A stretch of DNA of 44,688 bases from a phage: the sequence record PX880098.1, one strand, 5' to 3'. This document shows, in pieces, positions 1 through 8,829 of the stretch. The translations under genes were made by a program, and so were the position numbers. The notes beneath the pieces are model-generated. The model was given only the letters and a program-made list of their open reading frames with translations. It did no database searches and was not told where the DNA came from. Numbering within the stretch: position 1 is the stretch's first letter; every line of letters begins with the position of its first letter.

Positions 1-1227
1 ATGTTGCTTCTCCCCCACCAATACGAGCTATTGGCAGATACCACGACAAAGATAATCGGGCTGTGTTCCGGATTCGGGGGTGGTAAAACGTACAGTGCCG
101 CGCGTAAAGCGGTGCATCTGGCTCTTCTCAACCCTGGCGTAGACGGAATAATAACAGAGCCGACGTTCCCTCTGTTGGTGCAGGTTATGTTTCCAGAACT
201 TATGGCGGCGCTGGACTTCTTCGGCGTCAAATACAAGTTCAACAAGGTCGAGTCTATTTTTTATTGCGACATCAATGGCCAAACAACCCGTATTATTTGC
301 GGAAGCATGGAGAACTATCAGCGACTTATCGGTATAAACGCCGCGTGGTGTGTGTGCGACGAGTTTGATACCGCTAAGCAAGAAACGGCTTATGCCGCGT
401 ACATGAAGCTGCTGGGTCGTCTTCGCAGGGGTAACGTGCGTCAATTGGTAATAGTGTCCACCCCCGAGGGATTCAGGGCTATGTACCAGATATTCGTAAC
501 CGAAGCAGATGCCAGCAAACGGCTAATACGAGCGAAGACAACCGATAACTACCACTTGCCGGCAGACTACGTAGAGTCAATGCGCAGCCAGTACCCTGAG
601 CAACTCATAAACGCCTACCTGAATGGCGAGTTCGTAAACCTTACATCTGGGGTTGTGTATTACGGGTATCAACGGGGTAAATGTGAATCTAACGAAACTA
701 TTAAACCGGGTGAACCGCTATACATTGGGCAGGATTTTAACGTCGGCAAAATGGCGTCGTGCGTTTATGTAAAACGCGGTGCTGATTTTCATGCGGTAGC
801 CGAGTTGGTCGACCTTTTTGATACCCCTGATGTAGTTCGCGTTATCAAGGAGCGGTGGGCCGGGCATCATATAATTATGTACCCAGACGCCAGCGGACGT
901 AACCGTAAAAGCAACTCCGCTTCCACATCTGACATAGCTATCCTGGAGCAAGCAGGATTTGAGATTAGAGCTAAATCAAAGAACCCACCTGTGAAAGACC
1001 GTGTTGCCGCTAGTAACGCCGCATTTGAGAAAGGTAGAGTCTTTGTTAACTCGAAGGCTTGCCCAGCAACGACACGTGGGTTAGAGCAGCAGGCCTACGA
1101 TAAAAACGGTGAACCAGAGAAGAATGGTGTAATCGACCATATGGTTGACGCCGCGACATATTTGATCGCTTACGAGATGCCAGTAGTTAAACCTGTCATT
1201 AATATACCGGTTACTTTCGCTCTCTAA
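1..1227 (+). CDS. terL: terminase large subunit
   Basis: 408-aa ORF; Walker A P-loop GFGGGKT near the N-terminus; first gene of the head block, directly upstream of a portal-sized ORF; preceded by terS and HNH at the other window end. Confidence 0.8.
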   Translation: MLLLPHQYELLADTTTKIIGLCSGFGGGKTYSAARKAVHLALLNPGVDGIITEPTFPLLVQVMFPELMAALDFFGVKYKFNKVESIFYCDINGQTTRIICGSMENYQRLIGINAAWCVCDEFDTAKQETAYAAYMKLLGRLRRGNVRQLVIVSTPEGFRAMYQIFVTEADASKRLIRAKTTDNYHLPADYVESMRSQYPEQLINAYLNGEFVNLTSGVVYYGYQRGKCESNETIKPGEPLYIGQDFNVGKMASCVYVKRGADFHAVAELVDLFDTPDVVRVIKERWAGHHIIMYPDASGRNRKSNSASTSDIAILEQAGFEIRAKSKNPPVKDRVAASNAAFEKGRVFVNSKACPATTRGLEQQAYDKNGEPEKNGVIDHMVDAATYLIAYEMPVVKPVINIPVTFAL

Positions 1228-1246
1228 CGCGCATGTGTTACCCTTT

Positions 1247-1272
1247 AAAAAGCCGCTTAATTGCGGCTTTTG
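1247..1272 (+). terminator. stem-loop after terL
   Basis: AAAGCCGC-TTAATT-GCGGCTTTT hairpin just after the stop codon; T run is short. Confidence 0.4.
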
Positions 1273-1375
1273 CCGTGGGTGAGATTCCTTAGTGCAACTA
1301 TCGTGTGATACCCTGTCAGCACTAGGCGGGCGAATTCTTGCGCCCTGATATAGCCAACATGAGGGCCAGCGAACA

Positions 1376-2845
1376 ATGTTAACTACGAACGGTCAGAATC
1401 AGGGTGTTAAAACAAAACACCGGGAATGGCTGCACCACTTCGATAAATGGCAGAAGGTACGCCACGCTCTGGAAGGCGACCTTATCCGCTATCTGCGCAA
1501 CGTCGGGAAGAACGAACCGGACCAGAAGTACGCCGCCCAGCGCCAGGAAGAATATGAGAATGGCGCTATCTGCTACAACTTCACTAAACGTACCCTGGCC
1601 GGGATGGTCGGCAGTGTCATGCGCAAAGATCCCGAGCAAATTATCCCTCCTGAACTGGAATACCTGTTGCGTAATGCCGACGGTTCTGGCGTCGGGCTGT
1701 GGCAGCACGCGCAGGACACGCTAATGGAGATTGACTCGGTGGGTCGTGGTGGCTTGCTGGTGGACGCGCCGGAGACAGCCGCAGCGACGGCGGCAGAACA
1801 GAACGCAGGATTATTAAACCCGGTCATCGCATTCTATACCGCAGAGAACATCATCAACTGGCGACTGACACGCATCGGTTCCGTTAACCGCGTGACGATG
1901 GTCGTGCTACGCGAAGTATGGGAATACTCAGAACCCGGCGCAGAGTTCGAAACCAAGTTCGGTGAGCAGTATCGCGTCCTTGACCTGATTGACGGCCGTT
2001 ACCGCCAGCGCATTTACCGCTTCGATGCCGAAGGTGGTGCTCAGGACGAAGTAATCGAAATCTTCCCGGAACTGGGCGAACAGTTACGCGGCAAAATCCC
2101 GTTCACGTTCATTGGGGCTAGCAACAACGACGCTACTATCGACGATGCCCCTTTGCTGCCGTTGGCGGAGCTTAATATTGGGCATTTCCGCAACAGCGCA
2201 GATAATGAGGAATCCAGTTTCGTTGTAGGGCAACCCACTCTGTTCATCGCCCCTGGCGAGAACATGAGCATGGAGCAGTGGAAAGAAGCTAACCCACACG
2301 GCGTGCGTATGGGGTCACGTTCAGGCCATAACATTGGTTACGGCGGCAATGCGTTTCTGGTTCAGGCCGAAGAGAATAATCTCGCCAAACAGAACATGCT
2401 GGATAAAGAGAATCAGGCTATCCAGATTGGCGCGCAGCTTATCACCCCGACGCAGCAAATCACCGCTGAATCCGCCCGCCTGCAACGCGGCGCTGATACT
2501 TCAGTTATGGCGACAATCGCACGTAACGTAAGCATGGCGTATACCGATGCGTTGCGCTGGGTAGCGGCGATGCTGGGGATGCGTGAAGGCACAGAGATTG
2601 AGTTCAAGCTGAATATGGAGTTCTTCCTGCAACCAATGACCGCTCAGGACCGAGCACAGTGGATGGCAGACATTAACGCCGGTTTGCTGCCCGCGACTGC
2701 TTATTATGCTGCGTTGCGCAAGGCGGGTGTAACTGACTGGACAGATGAGGACATTCAGAACGCTATCGAGGATACACCGCTGCCGTTAGGTGCGGTTACT
2801 CAGGTAGCGGGAGAGATTCCGCAGTCGGCGCAGCAACAGGAGTAA
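1376..2845 (+). CDS. portal protein (putative)
   Basis: 489-aa ORF immediately after terL and before a Mu F-like head morphogenesis gene; size and position typical of portal; no motif confirmation. Confidence 0.65.
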   Translation: MLTTNGQNQGVKTKHREWLHHFDKWQKVRHALEGDLIRYLRNVGKNEPDQKYAAQRQEEYENGAICYNFTKRTLAGMVGSVMRKDPEQIIPPELEYLLRNADGSGVGLWQHAQDTLMEIDSVGRGGLLVDAPETAAATAAEQNAGLLNPVIAFYTAENIINWRLTRIGSVNRVTMVVLREVWEYSEPGAEFETKFGEQYRVLDLIDGRYRQRIYRFDAEGGAQDEVIEIFPELGEQLRGKIPFTFIGASNNDATIDDAPLLPLAELNIGHFRNSADNEESSFVVGQPTLFIAPGENMSMEQWKEANPHGVRMGSRSGHNIGYGGNAFLVQAEENNLAKQNMLDKENQAIQIGAQLITPTQQITAESARLQRGADTSVMATIARNVSMAYTDALRWVAAMLGMREGTEIEFKLNMEFFLQPMTAQDRAQWMADINAGLLPATAYYAALRKAGVTDWTDEDIQNAIEDTPLPLGAVTQVAGEIPQSAQQQE

Positions 2846-2849
2846 AGAA

Positions 2850-2869
2850 AAGGCCCCGTTATGGGGCCT
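2850..2869 (-). terminator. intrinsic terminator for the counter-oriented 71-aa gene
   Basis: AGGCCCC-GTTA-TGGGGCCT hairpin; on the minus strand it is followed by TTTTCTTT. Confidence 0.5.
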
Positions 2870-2876
2870 AATAACG

Positions 2877-3092
2877 TTATACGCCGTATTTTATGAAGTC
2901 GAAAGCCCATTGTGTCGGTCTGTATTCAACCCCATTCCCGTCGTCGACCATTACAAGAAAACCCTTATCCATTAGTTTTCTAATTGTGCGGTCCCCTTGC
3001 TGAAAGCTAGTGAAATGTGAGTCGTTTTTGAAGGTATAGCCATGTTTAATGGCTTCTTCTGTTGTTTTCTTCTCTAATTTAGTTAACTTCAT
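2877..3092 (-). CDS. hypothetical protein (counter-oriented moron, 71 aa)
   Basis: Only minus-strand ORF inside the plus-strand head block; visibly AT-rich; own promoter (3121-3149), GAGGA SD and own terminator. Confidence 0.6.
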   Translation of the reverse strand: MKLTKLEKKTTEEAIKHGYTFKNDSHFTSFQQGDRTIRKLMDKGFLVMVDDGNGVEYRPTQWAFDFIKYGV

Positions 3093-3120
3093 TTCTTTAT
3101 ATCCTCGTTTCGATAACTGA

Positions 3121-3149
3121 ATAGTACCCTATTATATTGGTGTCTGCAA
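3121..3149 (-). promoter_or_regulatory. sigma70-like promoter, family B (TTGCAG-N17-TACTAT)
   Basis: Minus-strand reading TTGCAGacaccaatataatagggTACTATTCA; 17-nt spacer; contains ATAG-N4-CTAT; upstream of the 71-aa gene. Confidence 0.55.
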
Positions 3150-3193
3150 ATATTATTTTTATGCGTTACACTGGTGATACTACAGGAGGGCCT

Positions 3194-4237
3194 ATGAGCT
3201 TACTTACATCCCTAATCAGCCACCAGATATGGCTGCAACGCACCGCATCCGGTGAAGTGAAAGACCTTGCGCCGTTTCTTCAGGAAATGCGGGACGAAAT
3301 CAAACAGCAGGTGCTGTTATTCGGTGACGACGGGCGAAGCACCGCGCGGTTGAATAAATTGTTACGCGACCTTGAAGAAGCACTGACCGGGATTACGGAC
3401 GACTGGCAGACAAAGCTGGCAGAAGACCTCAAAGAACTGGCAGCGTACGAGGCCGAGTGGAACGTAAAGACACTGACAGCCAACGTTAACGCGGAATTTG
3501 TTACGCCTACTGCCGAGCAAGTGTGGGCCGCCGCCGAGTTTCAACCTCTGTCACTAAGTGACAAGCCTGTCGATTTCACCAAGCTGATGTCTGGTTGGGG
3601 TGAAACGGAGGTGGCGCGCCTGGTAACTGGCGTTAAGATGGGCTTTGTTCAAGGCAAGACTACACGGCAGATTGTAAAAGAAGTAGTCGGTAAAGGCGGG
3701 CTGGCTGACGTATCGGAGAAATACGCAGCTACGGTAATCCGCACCGCGCTGTCTCACGTGTCCAATGAAGCACGCAACGAGACGTACCGCCAGAACGACG
3801 ACATCATCGAGAAGTATGAGTGGGTGTCAACGCTGGACAGCCGTACCAGTACGATTTGCAGAGCCCGGGACGGAATGACGTGGGAAATTGGTAAAGGGCC
3901 AATGCCCCCAGCCCATCCGAATTGTCGGTCGTGCACGGCCCCGGTAATCAGTTCAGAGTTCGACTTCCTCGATAAAGGTGCAAAACGTGCGGCTAAGGGT
4001 GCGGACGGGGGTACTCAGGTTAGCGCAGACACAACCTATTACGAGTTCCTGAAACAACAACCGGCATGGTTTCAGGATGAAGCACTCGGCCAGGTTCGGG
4101 GTAAGATTTTCCGCAACAGCGGTATATCACCGGAAGAGTTTCGCGTAATATCTGTAGATGGTTTCGGGAATCCGCTCACGCTTAAGCAGATGGCGGAACT
4201 CGATAAACGTGTTGCTGATTATCTGAAAGGGGAATAA
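3194..4237 (+). CDS. head morphogenesis protein (Mu gpF / SPP1 gp7-like)
   Basis: Follows portal; C-terminal region with PMPPAHPNCRSC resembles Mu F-like minor head proteins; start chosen at ATG 3194 after GGAGGG; listed ORF begins at TTG 3137 inside the promoter. Confidence 0.6.
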   Translation: MSLLTSLISHQIWLQRTASGEVKDLAPFLQEMRDEIKQQVLLFGDDGRSTARLNKLLRDLEEALTGITDDWQTKLAEDLKELAAYEAEWNVKTLTANVNAEFVTPTAEQVWAAAEFQPLSLSDKPVDFTKLMSGWGETEVARLVTGVKMGFVQGKTTRQIVKEVVGKGGLADVSEKYAATVIRTALSHVSNEARNETYRQNDDIIEKYEWVSTLDSRTSTICRARDGMTWEIGKGPMPPAHPNCRSCTAPVISSEFDFLDKGAKRAAKGADGGTQVSADTTYYEFLKQQPAWFQDEALGQVRGKIFRNSGISPEEFRVISVDGFGNPLTLKQMAELDKRVADYLKGE

Positions 4238-4698
4238 TGATGGGCTTTTTCAAAGTAACTGATGTGCCGTCGCGTCGTGTAGTCCAGTATGCCCGTGTGT
4301 CTGGCTCTAGAGAGAACGTGGTGTTTATTGAGGATGAAAGTGTACTAGGTACGCCAGTAGACGATATGCCGTTTGCGGACAAGACAGGTATCGCTTTACC
4401 CGCGGCAGGTATGCTTTACGAGATTCCGTATCTGGCGGACGCTGGTGACGTGTATTTCTCTGTGCAACCACAGGACGTTGAACTGGCAGACGGCAGCGCA
4501 ACTATCACTGTCGAGGTTAAGGCTGGTAAAGTGCCGTACGCTCTGACCTGGTACAAAGACGGTAGGGAAGTGGTTAATGCACCAGAAGAGGCTTTGTCTC
4601 TGACAGTTAATGCTGTTGGCGAATACTTCGTTAAAGTTACTGATGCCGATGGTGTAGAGGCTGTCAGCAAAGCGGCGAAGGTTACTAAGCCAGAATAA
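4237..4698 (+). CDS. Ig-like domain structural protein (possible decoration protein)
   Basis: 153-aa ORF; TAATG overlap with upstream gene; Ig-like signature YALTWYKDGREV...GEYFVKVTD. Confidence 0.5.
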   Translation: MMGFFKVTDVPSRRVVQYARVSGSRENVVFIEDESVLGTPVDDMPFADKTGIALPAAGMLYEIPYLADAGDVYFSVQPQDVELADGSATITVEVKAGKVPYALTWYKDGREVVNAPEEALSLTVNAVGEYFVKVTDADGVEAVSKAAKVTKPE

Positions 4699-4702
4699 AC
4701 TG

Positions 4703-4725
4703 AAGCCCCGAAAGGGGCTTTTTAG
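4703..4725 (+). terminator. rho-independent terminator
   Basis: AGCCCC-GAAA-GGGGCT hairpin followed by TTTTT, right after the stop at 4698. Confidence 0.7.
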
Positions 4726-4775
4726 TGTCTGTGATTATTCCATTTATTCCACCGAATTGTAAATGTTGGAATAAA

Positions 4776-4787
4776 CTATTCGAATAG
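4776..4787. promoter_or_regulatory. perfect 12-bp palindrome CTATTCGAATAG abutting a -35 element
   Basis: Self-complementary 12-mer immediately upstream of TTGACT at 4788; shares ATAG/CTAT half-sites with the promoter-embedded palindromes. Confidence 0.5.
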
Positions 4788-4816
4788 TTGACTTTTCACT
4801 AAAAATGTGCTAAGCT
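4788..4816 (+). promoter_or_regulatory. sigma70-like promoter (TTGACT-N17-TAAGCT)
   Basis: -35 TTGACT, 17-nt spacer, -10 TAAGCT; upstream of the spanin genes; preceded by ATGTTGGAATAA motif also found at about 5545. Confidence 0.45.
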
Positions 4817-4996
4817 CCACCTGAGCTTGTGAAGTATGAACAAGCGACCGCGGCGCGGGCAGGTAACGGAGCGGGACGTAAGTCCTGAGTGTAGTTACGC
4901 TGACGCGTTCGGAAGGGCCATACTCTATTGCTTGTGTAAAAAGGAACGGGTTTACTGAGATTACGCCGTTTCTATGTTTAAATGATAAGGACTAGC

Positions 4997-5023
4997 GCCC
5001 CGCTTTATGGCGGGGCTTTACTT
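4997..5023 (+). terminator. hairpin with T run upstream of the spanin start (terminator or attenuator)
   Basis: GCCCCGC-TTTATG-GCGGGGC followed by TTTACTT; lies between the 4788 promoter and the ATG at 5042. Confidence 0.45.
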
Positions 5024-5041
5024 ATCGAGAAAGGGGGAAAC

Positions 5042-5428
5042 ATGAATCTTAAAGCAACTGTCGTAGCGGGGGCATGTTTCATCATCCTGCTATACGCACA
5101 CGGCTACTATCAGTACCGCGTAGGCTGGACCGAAGGCCGGGCGAATCTCGTTTCGCAGCAACAGCAGAAAGCACAGGCTGAGTTAGCGAAGAAAACACAA
5201 CGGCAGCAGCAGGACGAATCAAAGGCCGCTGGTGCTGACAACGAAGGCAAGACGAAATCAGAGGTGATTACCCGTGAAGTCGTTAAGTACATTAAAACGC
5301 CTGGCCGCAGCGTGTGCACTTTCGACGATGCTCGCGTCCTGCTCAAGTCCCGCGCCGTCGCCAACGCCAATTCCATCCCCGGATACGACGATGATGCAGC
5401 CGCCGTGCAAACTGGCAGCGCCAAGTAG
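5042..5428 (+). CDS. i-spanin (Rz-like)
   Basis: N-terminal TM helix (ATVVAGACFIILLYAHGYY), Q/K/A/E-rich coiled-coil periplasmic region; SD AAGGGGGAA before ATG 5042; contains an overlapped lipoprotein ORF. Confidence 0.6.
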   Translation: MNLKATVVAGACFIILLYAHGYYQYRVGWTEGRANLVSQQQQKAQAELAKKTQRQQQDESKAAGADNEGKTKSEVITREVVKYIKTPGRSVCTFDDARVLLKSRAVANANSIPGYDDDAAAVQTGSAK

Positions 5429-5537
5429 CGACGCCGATGAGGATTTGGCTATCGACGTTCAGAACGCCGAATGCGTACGGCAATTGCGCCTGAAAGTGTT
5501 CATGTTGCAGGATTACGTGAGGAATATTCTGGAATAG
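5274..5537 (+). CDS. o-spanin (Rz1-like lipoprotein), overlapped with the i-spanin gene
   Basis: Signal peptide with lipobox LASC, proline-rich mature part SSPAPSPTPIPSP; starts in another frame inside the Rz-like gene and extends beyond its stop. Confidence 0.55.
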   Translation: MKSLSTLKRLAAACALSTMLASCSSPAPSPTPIPSPDTTMMQPPCKLAAPSSDADEDLAIDVQNAECVRQLRLKVFMLQDYVRNILE

Positions 5538-5619
5538 TTGCCTTGCATGTTGGAATAATTTATTCTTGACATGTAAATCCGGGTGGCCCGGGTTCCAACG
5601 TCCAGGGGACATACTGACT

Positions 5620-6324
5620 ATGAATCGTTTTTTACGTTATCCGTTCCAGGAAGAAGCTGGAGCAGAAGATAAATCTGGTGGCGGTGATGCGCCGAAAATG
5701 TTCACCGCTGAAGAAGTTCAGGCGCTGATTGAGAAAGAAGTCGCCGGGCTTAAGGCCAATCAGGAAGCATTGCTGGCGGAGAAGAAAGAAGCCGCCCGTA
5801 AAGCAAAAGAGGCTGAAGAAGAGCGGCAGCGCGCACACCAGGAGGCGTTAAAAGCCGCTGGTAAGATGGACGAGTTCGAAAAGACGATTCGTAGCCAGTA
5901 TGACCCGGTGTTAGCCGAGAAAGATGGTCGCATCTCCAGAATGGCAGAGCGCATCCTCGGCAGCGAACGTAAAGCGGTGCTAGGCTCTTTCGCGGGCGAC
6001 TTTATTACCCCGGAAGCAGTAGACATTCTTGCTCCGTTCGTTAAGACTGAGTTCGAAGGCGATGACGTGGTTACTAAGTTTGTCGGTGCAGATGGCAATG
6101 TAATCACGACTGACCCGGAACAGTTCCGCAAATACCTGCGTGAACACAAAGCGTTTTCGCATTTGATTAAAGCAAATGCAGCTTCCGGCGGCGGGGCTTC
6201 CGGCAGCAAAGGCGGCGGGGCCGCACCAGCGTTTAAAGACATGAGTGAAGCGGAGCGCATTGCTCTGTACGAATCGAACCCTGCCGAATTTGAACGGCAA
6301 CTTAAAGCCCTGAGGAAAAAATAA
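5620..6324 (+). CDS. scaffolding protein (putative)
   Basis: Directly upstream of the major capsid gene; highly charged alpha-helical sequence (KEAARKAKEAEEERQRAHQEALKAAG); start at ATG 5620 after AGGGGA. Confidence 0.6.
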   Translation: MNRFLRYPFQEEAGAEDKSGGGDAPKMFTAEEVQALIEKEVAGLKANQEALLAEKKEAARKAKEAEEERQRAHQEALKAAGKMDEFEKTIRSQYDPVLAEKDGRISRMAERILGSERKAVLGSFAGDFITPEAVDILAPFVKTEFEGDDVVTKFVGADGNVITTDPEQFRKYLREHKAFSHLIKANAASGGGASGSKGGGAAPAFKDMSEAERIALYESNPAEFERQLKALRKK

Positions 6325-7373
6325 TGGCAATTACTACTATCGGCGATATCGTAACTGGTAAAGAATCGGTAATTCTGTCTTATATGACCGAGGACCCGGT
6401 AGAAAAAACCGCGTTCTTCCAGTCCGGTATTCTTACCCCTACTCCGTACGCCGCTGAGATTGCTCGCGGTCCGTCCAACATCGCTAATATTCCTTTCTGG
6501 AAAGCTATCGATACGTCTATCGAGCCTAACTACTCGAACGACGTATACCAGGACATCGCAACCCCGCGTAACGTGCAGACCGGTGAGATGATGGCGCGCG
6601 TTGCGTACCTGAACGAAGGTTTCGGCCAGGCGGACCTGACTGTAGAACTGACCAGCCAGAACCCGCTGCAATCCGTAGCGTCCCGCCTGGATAACTTCTG
6701 GCAGCGCCAGGCGCAACGCCGTCTGATTGCTACCGCGCTTGGCCTGTACAACGACAACGTAGCTGCTACCGATGCCTACCACGAGCAGAACGACATGGTA
6801 ATTGACGTGTCCGCTACTCTGGGCTTCGACTCCGGCGCGTTCATCGATGCTACCCAGACTATGGGTGACGCTCTGATTGGCAACGGCGGCGAAGTGCTAG
6901 GCGCTATTGCTATGCATAGCTTCGTTTATGCGCAGGCACGTAAGCAACAGCTTATTGACTTCATCCGTGACGCCGACAACGACACCATGTTCGCCACCTA
7001 CCAGGGCTATCGTGTGATTGTTGACGACAGCATGACCGTAGTCGGTACAGGCGGCGACCGTAAGTTCATCTCCATCATCTTCGGCAACGGCGCTATCGGT
7101 TACGGGGAAGGCAACCCAACCAATCCGCTGGCCTATGAGCGCGAAGAGTCTCGCGGTAACGGTGGCGGTGTAGAAACCCTGTGGACCCGTAAGACTTGGT
7201 TGCTGCACCCGTTTGGCTACAGCTTCACCAGCGCGGTAATCACCGGCAACGGCACCGAGACTGTCGCACGCTCTGCTTCCTGGCAGGACCTGGCGAACGC
7301 CTCCAACTGGAACCGCGTTGTCGAGCGTAAGCATGTACCGATTGCCTTCCTGGTAACTGGTGTCGGTGCTTAA
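6324..7373 (+). CDS. major capsid protein
   Basis: 349-aa ORF after scaffold, strong SD GAGGA 7 nt upstream, followed by a strong terminator; position and size typical. Confidence 0.7.
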   Translation: MAITTIGDIVTGKESVILSYMTEDPVEKTAFFQSGILTPTPYAAEIARGPSNIANIPFWKAIDTSIEPNYSNDVYQDIATPRNVQTGEMMARVAYLNEGFGQADLTVELTSQNPLQSVASRLDNFWQRQAQRRLIATALGLYNDNVAATDAYHEQNDMVIDVSATLGFDSGAFIDATQTMGDALIGNGGEVLGAIAMHSFVYAQARKQQLIDFIRDADNDTMFATYQGYRVIVDDSMTVVGTGGDRKFISIIFGNGAIGYGEGNPTNPLAYEREESRGNGGGVETLWTRKTWLLHPFGYSFTSAVITGNGTETVARSASWQDLANASNWNRVVERKHVPIAFLVTGVGA

Positions 7374-7388
7374 GGTTAAGCTATAATC

Positions 7389-7417
7389 GAGAGGGACTTC
7401 GGTCCCTCTTTTCATTT
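7389..7417 (+). terminator. rho-independent terminator after the capsid gene
   Basis: AGAGGGAC-TTCG-GTCCCTCT hairpin followed by TTTCATTT. Confidence 0.7.
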
Positions 7418-7432
7418 ACTAAGAGGTAAATT

Positions 7433-7732
7433 ATGGCTAAGACCGGAAAAGGCTTACCGCGCAGCCTTCAGAACGTTGACTTTAGCGACCTAGATATCCC
7501 CGTCACGCCTGCTACTACCAGCGTAGTTGGTGGGGTTAAAAAGTCAGCTACTGTAGCTGCTCCCGCGGCCATTACTGCCGCTGCCGGAGTTCAGGCCGCC
7601 ACAGACCCGACTAAGGCAGAGTTTGATGCGCTTGTAGCGGAGTATAATAAACTCCGAACCGATGTTACCGCGCTGCGCACTACCGTAGCGAACCTGTTAA
7701 CCGCGCTTAAAAACGCAGGAACTGTAAGCTAA
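7433..7732 (+). CDS. hypothetical structural protein (99 aa, Ala/Thr-rich)
   Basis: ORF with SD AAGAGG upstream; in head gene block; no recognisable motif. Confidence 0.5.
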   Translation: MAKTGKGLPRSLQNVDFSDLDIPVTPATTSVVGGVKKSATVAAPAAITAAAGVQAATDPTKAEFDALVAEYNKLRTDVTALRTTVANLLTALKNAGTVS

Positions 7733-7744
7733 AGGAGCTTAAAA

Positions 7745-8095
7745 ATGGTTGATGTAATTAAACGTCGTATTACCGGTGTTTCTGACGATTCTCCTGCCGA
7801 CGGTCAGGTTGAAATCGACATGGCGAATATCTCACCAGCATCTTTTTCTACCGCACTCGCGGCTACCACCGCAGTTACGGCAGGGCAGACTATGACCCTG
7901 ACCGTCGCGGTAACCGGCGGTCTGGAGTCATATTCCTACCAGTGGTACAAGAACAACAACGCTATTGCCGGGGCAAACGCTGCTACCTATGCGAAGGCGT
8001 CCACTACTACCGCAGATTCAGGCACGTATAAAGTGGTTGTTCACGATGTGTATGGTAATATTATCTCCAGCAGCACTGTAGCAACTGTGTCTTAA
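7745..8095 (+). CDS. Ig-like domain protein (possible capsid decoration)
   Basis: SYQWYKNNNAI...SGTYKVVVHD Ig-like signature; SD AAGGAG upstream. Confidence 0.5.
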   Translation: MVDVIKRRITGVSDDSPADGQVEIDMANISPASFSTALAATTAVTAGQTMTLTVAVTGGLESYSYQWYKNNNAIAGANAATYAKASTTTADSGTYKVVVHDVYGNIISSSTVATVS

Positions 8096-8131
8096 TACAA
8101 CGGCCCCTCGGGGCCGTAATAAGGAAAGGTC

Positions 8132-8311
8132 ATGGCAGATAATTATGTAATCCGCGAAAAGTACACCCACGTTGACGTTGTTGACGGTCAGGTGATGCCT
8201 GTTCGCGGTGTGGTAGAGGCTGATGAACTGGTTGCGACTCAACCGGACAACGAAGAAGCGCACAACAACGGCGGTGGTGCTAAGCGTCGTCGCCGTAAAT
8301 CAGAGGAATAA
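8132..8311 (+). CDS. small basic protein (59 aa), absent from ORF track
   Basis: ATG 8132 preceded by AAGGAAAGG; uninterrupted 59 codons; C-terminus GGGAKRRRRKSEE; fills the gap between flanking genes. Confidence 0.5.
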   Translation: MADNYVIREKYTHVDVVDGQVMPVRGVVEADELVATQPDNEEAHNNGGGAKRRRRKSEE

Positions 8312-8314
8312 TTT

Positions 8315-8827
8315 ATGCCGCTAATCGTGGAAGACGGGTCGATAGTACCTAACGCCGACAGTTACATTAGTCTGGCTGACGCCCGCGCGTTAGCGGCTAA
8401 TTATGGTCTGGAGTTGCCAGAAGACGATACCGCTGCTGAAGTAGCCTTGCGCAACGGCGCCACTTATGTCGGGCTTGCAGAACCGCAGATGTGCAGTCGC
8501 CGTGTGTCCGCCGAACAGTCTCTTGCATACCCTCGCGCTGGTGTAACGCTAAACGGGTTCCCCGTAGCGAACAACGCCATCCCGAAGCAGGTGATTCTTG
8601 CGCAGGTAATCGCTGCCGCTACATATGGTGCAGGTACCGAGGTGCGGGCCAACTCAGACGGTCGTTCCGTGCAGACTGAGCGTGTCGAGGGTGCGGTAAC
8701 AGTGACCTACTTCAACAACGGCAGCAGTGGGGCTACAACCGCGATTACAGCTGCTGACGACGCATTACGCCCGTTACTGTGCGGCGGTCTTAACAATGGC
8801 TTCTCGTTTAACGTGTACCGGGGTTAA
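8315..8827 (+). CDS. putative head-tail adaptor / head completion protein
   Basis: 170-aa ORF between capsid and tail genes; assignment by position only. Confidence 0.4.
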   Translation: MPLIVEDGSIVPNADSYISLADARALAANYGLELPEDDTAAEVALRNGATYVGLAEPQMCSRRVSAEQSLAYPRAGVTLNGFPVANNAIPKQVILAQVIAAATYGAGTEVRANSDGRSVQTERVEGAVTVTYFNNGSSGATTAITAADDALRPLLCGGLNNGFSFNVYRG

Positions 8828-8829
8828 AA

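Noticed and set aside
4836-4958. 40-codon ORF inside the promoter-terminator interval upstream of the spanins
   Set aside because: No convincing SD and unremarkable composition; kept only as an alternative to the non-coding RNA interpretation.
4982-5041. N-terminal extension of the i-spanin ORF starting at ATG 4982
   Set aside because: The extension contains the hairpin 4997-5023 and lacks an SD, whereas ATG 5042 has AAGGGGGAA upstream and starts directly at the TM segment.
5760-6782. 340-aa minus-strand ORF antisense to scaffold and major capsid genes
   Set aside because: Shadow ORF on the opposite strand of highly constrained structural genes; Ser/Arg/Ala-rich low-complexity translation, no SD, no promoter.
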